DNA of 63,449 nt, filler included, from Octopus bimaculoides (Eukaryota): NCBI RefSeq assembly GCF_001194135.2. It is 5 parts of 4 records of this genome, joined end to end, with 100 filler letters (N's around TTAATTAATTAA, not from the genome) between each part and the next. Parts side by side here need not be neighbours in the genome. Positions count along the whole stretch, not along the records: positions 5,566 to 12,354 come from NC_069002.1; positions 12,455 to 33,992 come from NC_068994.1; 3 more parts are not named here. One strand, given 5' to 3'. Positions 11,354-24,810 of this stretch are shown piece after piece (the first letter of the stretch is position 1; each line of letters begins with the position of its first letter). The position numbers and the translations under genes are program-made. The notes under the pieces are model-generated. The model did no database searches. It saw only the letters and a list, made by a program, of their open reading frames with translations, and was not told the DNA's origin.

Positions 11354-11592
11354 GATATATATATAAATGTATATCAATAATATTAATAAGCTTTGTACAT
11401 TCCTGTTGTGTGCACCACACTTCTTTGGAGTTGCAATGCGAGAGAGAGGAGGACTGAGAGGAAGTAAGAGAGAGAGTCAGAGTGAAAGAAAGAGTGAGAG
11501 AGGCAGTGGGTGGTGACGGCGTTCGTTTTGCGTTTTTAAATGTTTCAGAGAAAGAAAGAGAGTGAGAGAGAGAGAGATAAAAAGTGAGAGAG

Positions 11593-11640
<48 letters not shown>

Positions 11641-11722
11641 AGAGACAGTGAGTGGTGGCGGCGTTCGTTTTGTGTTTCTAATGTTTATCACATCGCAAGA
11701 GAAGTAGATACATAGATACATA

Positions 11723-12108
11723 TTTTTGTGTTGGCACTCCGTCGCTTACGACGTCGAGGGTTCCAGTTAATCCGATCAACGGAACAGCCTGCTCGTGAAA
11801 TTAACGTGCAAGTGGCTGAGCACTCCACAGACACATGTACCCTTAACGTAGTTCTCGGGGATATCCAGCGTGACACAGTGTGACAAGGCTGGCCCTTTGA
11901 ATTACAGGCACAACAGAAACAGGAAGAAAGAGTGAGAGAAAGTTGTGGTGGAAGAGTACAGCAGGGTTCGCCACCATCCCCTGCCGGAGCCTCGTGGAGC
12001 TTTAGGTGTTTTCGCTCAATAAACACTCACAAGGCCCGGTCTGAGAATTGAAACCGCGATCCTATGACCGCGAGTCCGCTGCCCTAACCACTGGGCCATT
12101 GCACCTCC
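11723..12108 (-). mobile_element. Near full-length tRNA-derived SINE inserted into an older repeat
   Basis: Head GGAGGTGCAATGGCCCAGTGGTTAGGG...GGTTTCAATTCTCAGACC. Its flanks rejoin into the uninterrupted sequence seen at about 3990-4050. A partial related copy lies at 12232-12312. Confidence 0.85.
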
Positions 12109-12316
12109 ATATACACATTGTTAAATCAAATGCGGAAGAGAAGGGTGACACAAAGGAAGTGAAAGAGTAATAGAGAAAGTGAGAGAAACAGTAGATACAT
12201 AAATCCGAAGAAAAGTTCATGGACATGCATAATGTTAACATAGTTCTCAGGGAGATTCAGCCTCACAGAGAATATGACAAGGCTGGCCCCTTTGAATTAC
12301 AGCTACAACTCGAGAC

Positions 12317-12354
<38 letters not shown>

Positions 12355-12790
12355 NNNNNNNNNNNNNNNNNNNNNNNNNNNNNNNNNNNNNNNNNNNNTT
12401 AATTAATTAANNNNNNNNNNNNNNNNNNNNNNNNNNNNNNNNNNNNNNNNNNNNTATATATATATATATATATATATATGCACTTACACAACCACGCGTG
12501 TGTATATGTATTACTGTGTTCTTTATCTCCATCCATACTTCCACGTCGTGCCAGAAATTTTTGCATATCAGCTTCTCATCGCTCAGCTCTATTCGTTTCG
12601 CAGCTATGTGTTCGGTAAAAATTCAGTCAGGGAGATTTCAGGAAGGTAGATTTCGCAAAAGACAATACATACTTTGCATGTGGAATGAAGCATTGAAATA
12701 AATTCCACAATAGCCTTTTCTTCAATTCTTTCATATTGCATTTTTTTTTTTTTTTTTTTTTTTGTTTTTTAGGCTGAGATTTGATTTAAT

Positions 12791-12993
12791 TTACTCTTCC
12801 TTTTCACGCTTTTGGTTTTGGCGTTGCTTTCTTTTGGTTGCTGGAGATTTTTTTCTTTTTTTGCGTGTAGTAGTCGAGGAATTTCTCTTGTTGCTGTAAA
12901 TCTTGTTATTGTCTTGGCTGTTGTTGTTGTTCTTGCCTTCTTGTACTGAAAATTCTACAAGATTTTCTTTTTTGCTAATACCAGGTATCATTA
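12791..12993 (-). CDS. Candidate terminal exon, K/R/N-rich tail, unknown protein
   Basis: Acceptor CATTCATGTTTCAG, then MIPGISKKENLVEFSVQEGKNNNNSQ...RKKRKKSPATKRKQRQNQKREKEE*. It is phase-compatible with 13140-13181. No family was recognised. Confidence 0.3.
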
Positions 12994-13139
12994 CTGAAAC
13001 ATGAATGTGTATGTGCCTCTTTTACTCTCCTTTCTTGGTCTCTGTCTAACTCTCCATATATAATATATATATATAATTATGTATACTGTGAACACTTTAT
13101 TTTCCTTTTCACAATCATCTGAGCACAATGAACTCTTAC

Positions 13140-13181
13140 ATTTTGTAACCTGTCCATGTATAGTCTCATCGTCCGTCACCT
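13140..13181 (-). CDS. Candidate 42-nt internal exon (VTDDETIHGQVTK)
   Basis: Weak acceptor TTTGAAACAG and donor T|GTAAGA. It splices in frame (TTA, Leu) to 12791-12993 across a 146-nt intron. Confidence 0.25.
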
Positions 13182-13199
13182 CTGTTTCAAATTTAACAA

Positions 13200-13523
13200 G
13201 CTATTATTATTACCACATTTAACATACTTAGCTTTTTGCTGGAGGTGACATTAATATACCAGCTTTTCACATCCTGTGAACTAAGGTGATACTTTCTTTA
13301 CAAGTCTCGAAAACTTTTTGGAGACTCCTTGCATTGCCAGGTAATGCTGTTTTCTGGATATGTTCCGTTTTCATATTTATTTCTATCTTATCCAACCAAT
13401 TTTTAATTTCTTTTCTCACTGCACCTAGGGCATCAACAATTATCGACACAATGTACAGACTTTTCATTGACCACTTGATTTGATTTCTTTCCTCAGTGCT
13501 ACATATGGCGTCAGTTTTTCTCG
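13200..13523 (-). mobile_element. R4/Dong-like (RLE-type) non-LTR retrotransposon, extreme 3' end
   Basis: Minus strand EKLTPYVALRKEIK/WSMKSLYIVSIIVDALGAV...IQKTALPGNARSLQKVFE corresponds to the KY-L-EI-W...IVGALG...LQK-ALLGTARILRKVL RLE tail. Both ends lie in (TAA)n. Confidence 0.8.
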
Positions 13524-14384
13524 TATTATTATTATTTTTATCATCATCATCATCATCATCATCAATCATCATCATCATCATTATTAATATTATTATTAAA
13601 TTTGTATTTTGCCCTGGGCGATCGTGTACAGCTCTCTATGTGTTTTTAGATTTATCACGATTGTACTTAATGGAAAATTAAGTACAAATTTACCAATAAG
13701 AAGACTTTTGAACATTTGTGTCCACAGCGTTTAGCTTGAGGTGAAAATAAAAAATATGGATAATCCTTGGACATTTCTATATTTTCATATTCTGTAAACA
13801 ATGTTTTACGAGAAATATTACTACAATTTATGGGGTAGTCGTGAGAGGTATTTGCTACCGTGATGGTAGTACAAACGTAAATAGACATATCCCTTAGAAA
13901 TAAACCTGTAAATTTTTATTTTGAAGCAGATCTTAGAAAAGAAAAAGCAGGAAAAAAAATATTACTTAATCACACTAAACATAACGGCACACATTATAAA
14001 TGAAAGTATTTTATTGTTATTAATGACAACAATAATATTAGTTTCTGTAGTGTGGCTAATCATAGAGAATATCTGAACAAAAGTTGTCTGGAATGAAAAG
14101 AAAGAGACATGGAAGGAGTGTGTTATGATGATCGGCACACGTAACGGCAAACAATAAAAGAGCAACGCACCTTACTACTGCCCCCAAAATGGACGAGCAA
14201 TTTCACATGGCACCTAGCGAAAACTTGCTGGATACCCTGGCTCTTCTATCAAAAGATGTGGTTTCCATCATGCGCAACAGAATATATATGGCTGTGTTTA
14301 ACTAGTCTACAATAATGCCAGAAGCAGTGACAAATACAGCACAAGATAGCTACATGAAAACAATAACAACACCAGCAACAACTG

Positions 14385-14485
14385 AATCACGCTGAGTAGA
14401 TTGGAACAACGTGAAATAAAGTGTCTTACTCAAGGACACAACGCGACGCTGGGCAACGAAATCACGATCGTGAACCTAATACCCT
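14385..14485 (-). mobile_element. CORE-like SINE fragment
   Basis: Minus strand GTGTCCTTGAGTAAGACACTTTATTTCACGTTGTTCCAATCTACTCAGC. Confidence 0.6.
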
Positions 14486-15062
14486 AATAACTAAAATATG
14501 TGCCTTCACAAATGCAAATATGAAAAGAGTAAAATAAGGGGCAAAGAAGCACACAACAAAGAAAAGAAAAAAACGAAAACAAAGTAAACAGATGAAGAGC
14601 AACAATTTCTTCTAATATAATAAATCTTAGCTCAAGGAAATAACGCAGAATATTCAAAGACGAACTAAGATTTACAGTACTTTGCAAGTTAAACAGAATT
14701 GACATAACTGCGCGCCCTTGATAGCAGGGAAACACAGACGTTAGTTGTAAGGACACATAAACAATTAGGTTCAGAATATAAGGTATATGTGAATGACAGC
14801 GTACGTGTAAAAGCACAGGTAAAAGCACTAAAACATTAGTGTATTTCAGCACCAAATTTCTCAAAAATCCTTACTGGTGCAATAGATTGCACTTGAACAC
14901 CGATTCAGAATTGGTTAAGTGAACGGAGAGTCGTGCGGTGCCCGACTTAACTATTAATCTTACTTTTACTATATCTATAATTACAACGTACTTTTTGGAA
15001 ATTATTCCCGTACACATATGTAGGAATATATGTGTGTATGTATATTATCATTATTATTATTA

Positions 15063-15126
<64 letters not shown>

Positions 15127-15138
15127 CATTATTATTAT

Positions 15139-15810
15139 AGATGTTGCACAGTATACAATACCGTGTGGTTGTTGATTGACGATATTGTGTCTACTGGAGG
15201 TTTGTACTGTCTGTCAAGTCACAACAAGGATCTCAGAGAGACAGTACTTTACAAAATATGCGTGCAGTTCCAAGTAATGCCGACTTTTACAATACATCTA
15301 GATTGTAAGGTATCCCTAAGTTTTTCAGATTTGTTTTTTCAAATTGGGTGGTATTAAACCCAACGCTCCGATAACAATAGGGATAAATTTTATGTTCGTC
15401 TCTTGTAGCTGCCACATCTTAGCGATCTCAATTCTCAGGTCACCATATTTATCAACTTTTCATCTTTCTTTCATGATGATATGTTGATCTCCTGGCACTG
15501 CTACGTCGATTATTAGGCACTGTTGTTTCGACCCTTTTCCCATACGTTCTGCAGAGGTCCGACGCACTTGTATGGTATATATTCTTTTTCACTGAATTCG
15601 TATTCAATACCTGGTCCTGGGCCGCAATGATTAGGCTTTCAGTATTCTTTTTTAGGTCACCCTTGTTGAGCCACCTCCATGATGCTTCCTAGTCTTTTAA
15701 TTTGTTGGTTTCACGGTGGAACTTACCATGTAATTCCATACGGAATACGGTTTCTTCTCGCTCGTTGGTTGTTCTTGTTCAAAATTCATGAGCACTCTCA
15801 AGTTCATTTG
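15139..15810 (-). mobile_element. R4/Dong-like non-LTR retrotransposon, 3' fragment with internal deletion
   Basis: Minus strand LHGKFHRE...SWRWLNKGDLKKNTESLIIAAQDQVLNTN...DLCR...VET / CLIIDVAVPGD...KVDKYGDLRIEIAKMW...IPIVIGALG...KSALLGTARIFCKVL, with stops. Flanked by long (TTA)n on both sides. Confidence 0.9.
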
Positions 15811-15819
15811 TTATTGTTA

Positions 15820-15856
<37 letters not shown>

Positions 15857-15866
15857 NNNNNNNNNN

Positions 15867-15911
<45 letters not shown>

Positions 15912-16612
15912 GAATAGATTTCTGTTGACTGAATCATCTCTAGCGTATAGCTAGTATTCATATTTTCCTTTTTGATATTGAATGCAAATCGAAGCAAATC
16001 AGCAGCAGTTTCCATAAGCAATTTAATAGAAGTAAACTGAAGATTGCCAAATAATTCACTCGTTCCTCAACTATGCCAGTTGGAAAGAAATTACTATTGT
16101 TATACAACAGTAATATAGATATTACAAATATGAACTTGTGTTGAATAGACGAATAGGCCAAGATATTATAAAGAAAATTTATAGAAATTGTGAATCGATG
16201 GCTTATATAGATCACTGGCAGTTATTTGCAGGGACTGATAGGGGCGATTAAAAGATGAAAAATATAGTGATTTAATAAAAAAAAATATCAAAATCTGATG
16301 AGGCGAAACGAAATAACATCGAGTGTTTATCTCAAACATCCACATTGCTCTGACTGCCAAAAATGGCCACCATTTTGTTTTGATTGTTCAATTTATTTAT
16401 TTATTTATTTATTCATTAGGAGAATCGATATATATTCCAGAAAACAATTACATACACACAAATTACACGTATATACATTCACAGGCAGTCATAAACACAT
16501 ACATGCACATACAAACAACCTTCGAAATATCTCACAGTCTACTACATACTGACCGATATAGGGGAAAGAAACTCTGCGTAAGAGTATTCAGTTTTTTGTC
16601 TTATATAGACAC

Positions 16613-16671
<59 letters not shown>

Positions 16672-17507
16672 NNNNNNNNNNNNNNNNNNNNNNNNNNNNN
16701 NNNNNNNNNNNNNNNNNNNNNNNNNNNNNNNNNNNNNNNNNNNNNNNNNNNNNNNNNNNNNNNNNNNNNNNNNNNNNNNNNNNNNNNNNNNNNNNNNNNN
16801 NNNNNNNNNNNNNNNNNNNNNNNNNNNNNNNNNNNNNNNNNNNNNNNNNNNNNNNNNNNNNNNNNNNNNNNNNNNNNNNNNNNNNNNNNNNNNNNNNNNN
16901 NNNNNNNNNNNNNNNNNNNNNNNNNNNNNNNNNNNNNNNNNNNNNNNNNNNNNNNNNNNNNNNNNNNNNNNNNNNNNNNNNNNNNNNNNNNNNNNNNNNN
17001 NNNNNNNNNNNNNNNNNNNNNNNNNNNNNNNNNNNNNNNNNNNNNNNNNNNNNNNNNNNNNNNNNNNNNNNNNNNNNNNNNNNNNNNNNNNNNNNNNNNN
17101 NNNNNNNNNNNNNNNNNNNNNNNNNNNNNNNNNNNNNNNNNNNNNNNNNNNNNNNNNNNNNNNNNNNNNNNNNNNNNNNNNNNNNNNNNNNNNNNNNNNN
17201 NNNNNNNNNNNNNNNNNNNNNNNNNNNNNNNNNNNNNNNNNNNNNNNNNNNNNNNNNNNNNNNNNNNNNNNNNNNNNNNNNNNNNNNNNNNNNNNNNNNN
17301 NNNNNNNNNNNNNNNNNNNNNNNNNNNNNNNNNNNNNNNNNNNNNNNNNNNNNNNNNNNNNNNNNNNNNNNNNNNNNNNNNNNNNNNNNNNNNNNNNNNN
17401 NNNNNNNNNNNNNNNNNNNNNNNNNNNNNNNNNNNNNNNNNNNNNNNNNNNNNNNNNNNNNNNNNNNNNNNNNNNNNNNNNNNNNNNNNNNNNNNNNNNN
17501 NNNNNNN

Positions 17508-17539
<32 letters not shown>

Positions 17540-17737
17540 CACATACACACGCATACACGCACATGCATACACCCACACCAACACACATAATCACTTAATC
17601 ACTCATGCATATGCACACACATAATAGTTTGCATGAAACTGGACTTTTGATTTAATCTCGTAATTGTTCTCAGCGAGAAAATGATTATATATGTGTTTAT
17701 ATATGTATATACACATACACACACGCACACACATATG

Positions 17738-17790
<53 letters not shown>

Positions 17791-17917
17791 GGGGACCTGG
17801 AGACGACCTTCTTCGGAAATCTTAGGTAATGCCTTTATTTCGACAATTCGGTGTTAAAGGGAAACAGGAACAAAATGGTCGAATGATTTGAAGACAGAGA
17901 CAGGGGAGAGAAAGAGA

Positions 17918-18023
<106 letters not shown>

Positions 18024-18878
18024 TAGGCAGGGTCGCGAGAAAGATTACAGTGAAAAGTATTATGAGAGAAAACGGGATTAAGCGAGCAGTATGAGCGGAG
18101 CGGAGTGGAATCAGTGAAAGTAAATAATGTTGACAAACTTATTTTGGAATTTAGGGGGAAAAATAAATAAGTATTTTTTAAAAAATTTATTCTCGAAACG
18201 AAATTGCTATTTGACCTCAACAAAACAAACATCAATTGTTAGAATCTATCCTTACAAGTACAAATATCGGCTGCATTAATTACGCGTTTGCCCTATTGAC
18301 AATTGCTGCATCATGCCAACAAACAAATATTTAGAAACTGATGAGTAATTCTGTGTTTATTCGTCAACAAGAATAACAGCAACGAGATGAGAGATGATTA
18401 TAGCCGGCGGTGGAGGTAGTAGTAGCGGTGGTATGGTCGTGGTCGTGGTCGTGGTGGTGCAACTGGTCGTACTGGAGATAGTCATTCAAGCCATGACCAT
18501 TCTTTCCTTTTCACGAATATTCTATTCATGATTCCATTAACCAAAAGTGTATTGCTCTCACTTTTCAAGACGGCCGATTGTGGTATAAAGGAAATTTGGT
18601 TGCAATATCCAATAGGGCTTGCGTCTACGTATACGGACATGCATGCGTATATGTTTCAATGTATAGATGTATGGATGAATGTATGGACGTATGTATGTGT
18701 GTGTACGTGTGTGTGTGTGTGCGTGCGTGTGTGTGTACACAAGCAAAATAGCTAGTTGTAAAATCTCTAGAAGAGATCAGAGTAGTAACTCTACTAACAA
18801 GTAAAGTCAATCGCCACGTCAAAGTGGTTGCTCCAAGTATATGCATATATATATACATACACACACACTCATATATAC

Positions 18879-18909
<31 letters not shown>

Positions 18910-21811
18910 TGTATGTATGTATAAATATGCATATATACACAAATACCTACACACATACGTATATGTAAGTATGTTTCGACGATTATCGTGGTGCGGTTAT
19001 AGTTGGTCGAGGTGTTGATGTTTGTAATTACAGAATGTGAATGTGGTAATTACTGATTTAATAACATTTTTTAGCATGGCCCCAAGTCAGACTTCATCGA
19101 TCTTTCTGACTAATAATCAAAGTTGTTCTTATAGTGCCCATCCCATCTTTTCAAACATATTTCACCAAAATTAAAAGAACACAATAGAGCCAATATCTGA
19201 GGGAGATTTCACTGCTGTTTTAAGCATCAAAATATTACCCAGATCCTTCGTTTATTTTTTTATTCTTTTCTCCAAGAGTTAACTCAAAATCAGAGTATCC
19301 AACGTGAGATCCTTTTAAACGCGTTATTATATACTTGAAATAAATTTAACTGTTATTTCTAGCAAGTTGATCTACCAAATGGAAGCTGCATTATTGATGG
19401 CATGGCTTTAGGGTTTATGGAGTTAGTGTATACGATATTATATTTGAATTGTACGGCAGTGTCAAGTCGAGAAAGAGCGTAATGTCTTATTAACTGTTTG
19501 ATAGCCAAGAGAAGTTAATATTCAACGTCAGGCCTAATGGAATTGTTTTCTTAGCTTCTCATATTGGCAAAATATGAAATGATGTTATGTATTACAAAGC
19601 AAAGATCAACTGCATATTGCTGAGATATGCTTTCAAGTCATATTTTGATCGTTGCCCAGATTCAGTGGACCGTCAAAGTCAAGGAATATCCTTTATTGTA
19701 TTGTCGTTCAGACCTGTAGTTTTCTGACCGAGTATTAAGGAGAAGTATTATGTGTACGCGTGCATACATGCATATGTATCTCTGTTATTTCAACTTTCCA
19801 TGTGTATATGTATGTATATAAACATACATGCACACATACAAATATATCATTTTCCCCTTTACATATAAGCGCATACAATATATCGTTTTTCACGGTAGAA
19901 CTCGAAGTAGATAAAGTTAGAAATAACAACGTGTAAATATTGGATTATAAACATTCTTGGGTGGAAAAACTTGAAGGGTGCCCACAGAACACTAATGTTT
20001 ACATGTTATTATTTATAGCTTTATCTACTTCGAGTTTGATCGTTAAAAACGATCTATTTCATGTCACTCGGAGTTTATATATTCTTTTGATAGAAACAAT
20101 GTTTGTATATATGTAAGTATATATGTATGTATATGTATGTATATGTATGTATGTATNNNNNNNNNNNNNNNNNNNNNNNNNNNNNNNNNNNNNNNNNNNN
20201 NNNNNNNNNNNNNNNNNNNNNNNNNNNNNNNNNNNNNNNNNNNNNNNNNNNNNNNNNNNNNNNNNNNNNNNNNNNNNNNNNNNNNNNNNNNNNNNNNNNN
20301 NNNNNNNNNNNNNNNNNNNNNNNNNNNNNNNNNNNNNNNNNNNNNNNNNNNNNNNNNNNNNNNNNNNNNNNNNNNNNNNNNNNNNNNNNNNNNNNNNNNN
20401 NNNNNNNNNNNNNNNNNNNNNNNNNNNNNNNNNNNNNNNNNNNNNNNNNNNNNNNNNNNNNNNNNNNNNNNNNNNNNNNNNNNNNNNNNNNNNNNNNNNN
20501 NNNNNNNNNNNNNNNNNNNNNNNNNNNNNNNNNNNNNNNNNNNNNNNNNNNNNNNNNNNNNNNNNNNNNNNNNNNNNNNNNNNNNNNNNNNNNNNNNNNN
20601 NNNNNNNNNNNNNNNNNNNNNNNNNNNNNNNNNNNNNNNNNNNNNNNNNNNNNNNNNNNNNNNNNNNNNNNNNNNNNNNNNNNNNNNNNNNNNNNNNNNN
20701 NNNNNNNNNNNNNNNNNNNNNNNNNNNNNNNNNNNNNNNNNNNNNNNNNNNNNNNNNNNNNNNNNNNNNNNNNNNNNNNNNNNNNNNNNNNNNNNNNNNN
20801 NNNNNNNNNNNNNNNNNNNNNNNNNNNNNNNNNNNNNNNNNNNNNNNNNNNNNNNNNNNNNNNNNNNNNNNNNNNNNNNNNNNNNNNNNNNNNNNNNNNN
20901 NNNNNNNNNNNNNNNNNNNNNTATATATATATCGTAGTGCAAGAGCTGTAGAATGTAAAAACAATATATTTTTACATAATGTAAACAATATCTGATACAA
21001 AACACAATATGTTGTTTTACGAAGGTAGACAGGTGTATTATACAAAATATGGACACTTCACTTTGAGATTCGTCCAGAGTGAACTCCTCACACATTTGTT
21101 ATAGACTAACGTCGTTTCCTAGGGAATTAATCAGAAATGTTAATCAGAGGTTTATAACATTTGTAGCGACATTCATGAACCTGGCTGTCTTTTATTCACG
21201 GTCAAGTAATATTTAGTTTAAGATGATTCGCTCTGCTACATGCAATGATTGTGACTCTTGCTTTTATTAAGGGAGAATCGGTTGTCATATTACATTTGAT
21301 GGATGTGGTTTTTGTTCATGTCTGGCATTAAGTGTCTATGTAAAAAGGAAAGTGAAAGTAAACTTATCTACGCGATAATGTGAGTGATGTATGTATGCAT
21401 GTATGCATGTGTATTTGTATGTTGTTAGAAACAACATTAAGCAGGGTTTTTTTTTATATATATTGTGTGTAATATATACAAAAAAAGCAAAAAAGCTTTC
21501 AGTGTGTGTCAAAGGTGATAGAATGTGACTTAGAGTAAACCAAATCATCTCCCATTGCCTTGTTGTAGTGTGACAGCAAATTTCTAATCCAAAAAAATAA
21601 GTGAGGTTATAATACATAGGTGGATGTCAGCCAGCAGTGTAATTAAAGAGAAAGAGAGTGAAAATACAGTATACCCTTGTGTACTAGCGATAGTCGCAGA
21701 TAGGTTGCTTGTAAGTTGGACGGGTAGATAGATAGAGGAGTAGGTAGATAGAGAACTACTATAGGTAAATAGATATAGATCGATGGATAGCTTCAGGTGA
21801 ATATATGGACT

Positions 21812-21898
<87 letters not shown>

Positions 21899-22149
21899 TA
21901 ATGGATGGATGGATGGATGGATGGATGGATGGATGGATGGATGGATGAGTGGATGGATGGATGGGTGGATAATCAGATAGCTGGTATCGAGTAAGAGAAA
22001 AACAAACCTATAAACAGATCGATAGCTAGCTAGATCGCTATATCATGAAAATGTATGTATGTATGTATGTATATATATATGTATGTATGTATGTATGTAT
22101 ATATGTATGCATATATGTATGCATGTATGTATGTATTATGTATGTATGT

Positions 22150-22213
<64 letters not shown>

Positions 22214-23004
22214 TTGTGTGTATCTAAAAGGTTCTAAAATACAATATATTTATGTATGTGTGTGCTTGTATATGTACTCTTGCTGCTGTATGTATGTATG
22301 TATGTATGTATGTATGTATATTTTTGCTGCGGCTCCGTGAATATATATAGATGCACTAAGATAGATACAATATATCACATGGATGGATGAAAAAAGAAGA
22401 CAGCATGGCACAAAACCAACAAAGAAATGCGGAAAATACAATGATATATTTCATTGCAAATGATGCTTTATGGTATGTCATCATGGTGTATTTACATTGT
22501 TACTCGTACATCGTAGTTATATGTCATAATAACTTGATATTGATGATAATTACATATTAAGTATATTTAAAATAGATATTGGTAAGAGAGATACAAACAC
22601 TATTAGGTCATTTACTTTAGTTCAAGTGTAGTACATCTATAGGTTGCCCCCACCAACACGCAACTAGTATACAAACCCAAAATATACAATACTAACGTAC
22701 ACATATATAATCATAAAAGTTGTTGTAATATATTACAATGTCGAGAGAAACGTAATTGCCTGAAATCTATAAATTATTCTATGATCTGTAAGTCATTCCA
22801 GCTGAATGTATACTTCCCCTAATATGTACATATTTAAAACTATATTCAGACTGTTGATATCAGAATAACGACCTGGCTCAGTTTACTAACTTATCATCGA
22901 AAACGAGCAACTCTGAGTACTGGAAATTGAAGCCTTTGCAGCTATAATGCATTAAAGAATACTCTACAATTGTATTGAGTCCTGTAATTTAACGATTCTG
23001 GTTA

Positions 23005-23660
23005 GAAGTGATCGGAGCAGTTGTACTGCTTACACTATTGTATGCTTATGAGACTTGGACAGTTTATGAACGACACGCCAAACGGCTAAACCGCTTCCAC
23101 ATAGACTCCCCTGGAAAATCGCTGAATGTCATTCGGCAAGACGAGGTCCCAGACAAAGAGGTCCTCTCTCGAGCTGATCTACCAAGCACTTAGACATTGT
23201 TGAGGAGAGCACAGGTCAGGTGGGCAGGTCACCTTGTTTGGAAGTCTGAAACATGACTCCTCAAAACATTGTTTTACAACGAACTCGCAGAAGGAAAGCG
23301 CATGCGAAATGGACAGCGAAAGCGTTTCAAAGATACTCTCAGCGCCTCATGGAAGTGCTTTGAGATTAACTCCGACACCTGGGAAACCCAAGCACAAGAC
23401 CGCCCTACGTGGAGAAGCTGTTCTAACAAAGGTGCCGCCTCCTACAAACAGACCAGGATCGCAGTAGCACAAAGAAATTTGAGCCGTGTCAAGTCCAAAT
23501 CCTACTCCTTACCTTCAGGCTCAGTAAAACACCAAGGGGCGACCTGTGGCACAACCTTCCGAGCACGTATGAGACTGATCGACCACAGCCCGACACATTA
23601 TGTCCCATTTTCTTTTCCTATGTGGTATCCTTGGTCATCGTCGAAAATGACGAGCGAACA
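23005..23660 (+). mobile_element. RTE/BovB-like LINE, 3' fragment
   Basis: AVVLLTLLYAYETWTVYERHAKRLNRFH...DEVPDKEVLSRADLPS...RAQVRWAGH...LFYNELAEGKR...GQRKRFKDTL...DTWETQAQDRPTWRS...CGTTFRARMRLIDH, with stops and frameshifts. Confidence 0.92.
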
Positions 23661-24574
23661 TATTTATATACGTACATACATACACATACAAATGCATATA
23701 TACATATGTATACTTATATGTGTGTGTGATTGGGTGTTCGTATCTATTCGTGCTTGTGTGTGTGTGTGTGTGTGTGTGTGTTTATTTTTCCATCTTTAAC
23801 TTAAGAGGGAGTGAAGTGTTGCTGGCCTGTTAAAGGGTCCTCGAAAATAATGGAATGGAAGAAACTATTATCCCATCGGTGACCAGGCCTCAATGCTTGC
23901 CATAGAATCGATTCTACTGAAGTTTTCCAGAGGGCTTCTGTGTTTAAAGATCAAATATAAAATTTTAAAAAATCAATCTCAGCAGCTATTGTTGTTTAAT
24001 CTAGGTCAGCCTTTATTTTGGCATAGTATATCAAAGACAACGTTATACAACGTTTGCGTTGATGTATAGAATGGTACAGTATGATTTAAATTAATTTTGA
24101 CTGATGCTTCTAGAATTGCACATTGACCGAACATATATGAGGCCCCATTGTCAGTTCAAGAGAAACGTCTTAATATATGAAGACGAAACATGATGCGCAG
24201 GCGCATAATAATATTTGCCGTTTCATTAATTTAAGGAATCCGCACTGTAATACAGTTTATAATCCAATTCTAGGCGATTTTATTGTTGTTGTTGTTATTA
24301 TATGGTGAGTTGTGTACACGCAGTTGATTAGTGTTTGTTTTCTTCTATAGGTATCATTGTGAAGATCTTCGTTTGCGGAGGAACATCTGAATGCTCTTCT
24401 TTAAATAGATTTCACCACTGGCGTTTGTTTTTATGTCCGAACGGACGCTCTGTTTGTACTTATAGGATAATAATGAATATCTTCGCAAATAGGTTTGTAC
24501 ATCGAAACCATAGAATAAAACAGAACAAAAATATTCAACATAGTAAAAAGAGATTGAAGCCTGATTGTGTTGTG

Positions 24575-24728
24575 AGAATCTTGCATATCTCGCTTCCCAA
24601 TCACATGATTTTGGGTTCATTCTCACTGCGTGGAACCTTGGCAAAGTGTCTCTACTATAACCGTGGGACGATCAAAGCTTTTCAAGTGGATTTGGTGACC
24701 GAAAACTGAAAGACGACCGTCGTAAATA

Positions 24729-24809
<81 letters not shown>

Positions 24810-24810
24810 T
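24575..24810 (+). mobile_element. CORE-like tRNA SINE followed by (GT)n
   Basis: GCTTCCCAATCACATG...GGGTTCATTCTCACTGCGTGGAACCTTGGCAAAGTGTCTCTACTAT...GTGGATTTGGTGACCGAAAACTGAAAGA. A related head is embedded in the ZNF upstream blocks. Confidence 0.75.

Noticed and set aside
12061-12108. tRNA gene
   Set aside because: A and B boxes are present, but they continue into a SINE body with no cloverleaf 3' acceptor stem. The same applies to the other SINE heads.
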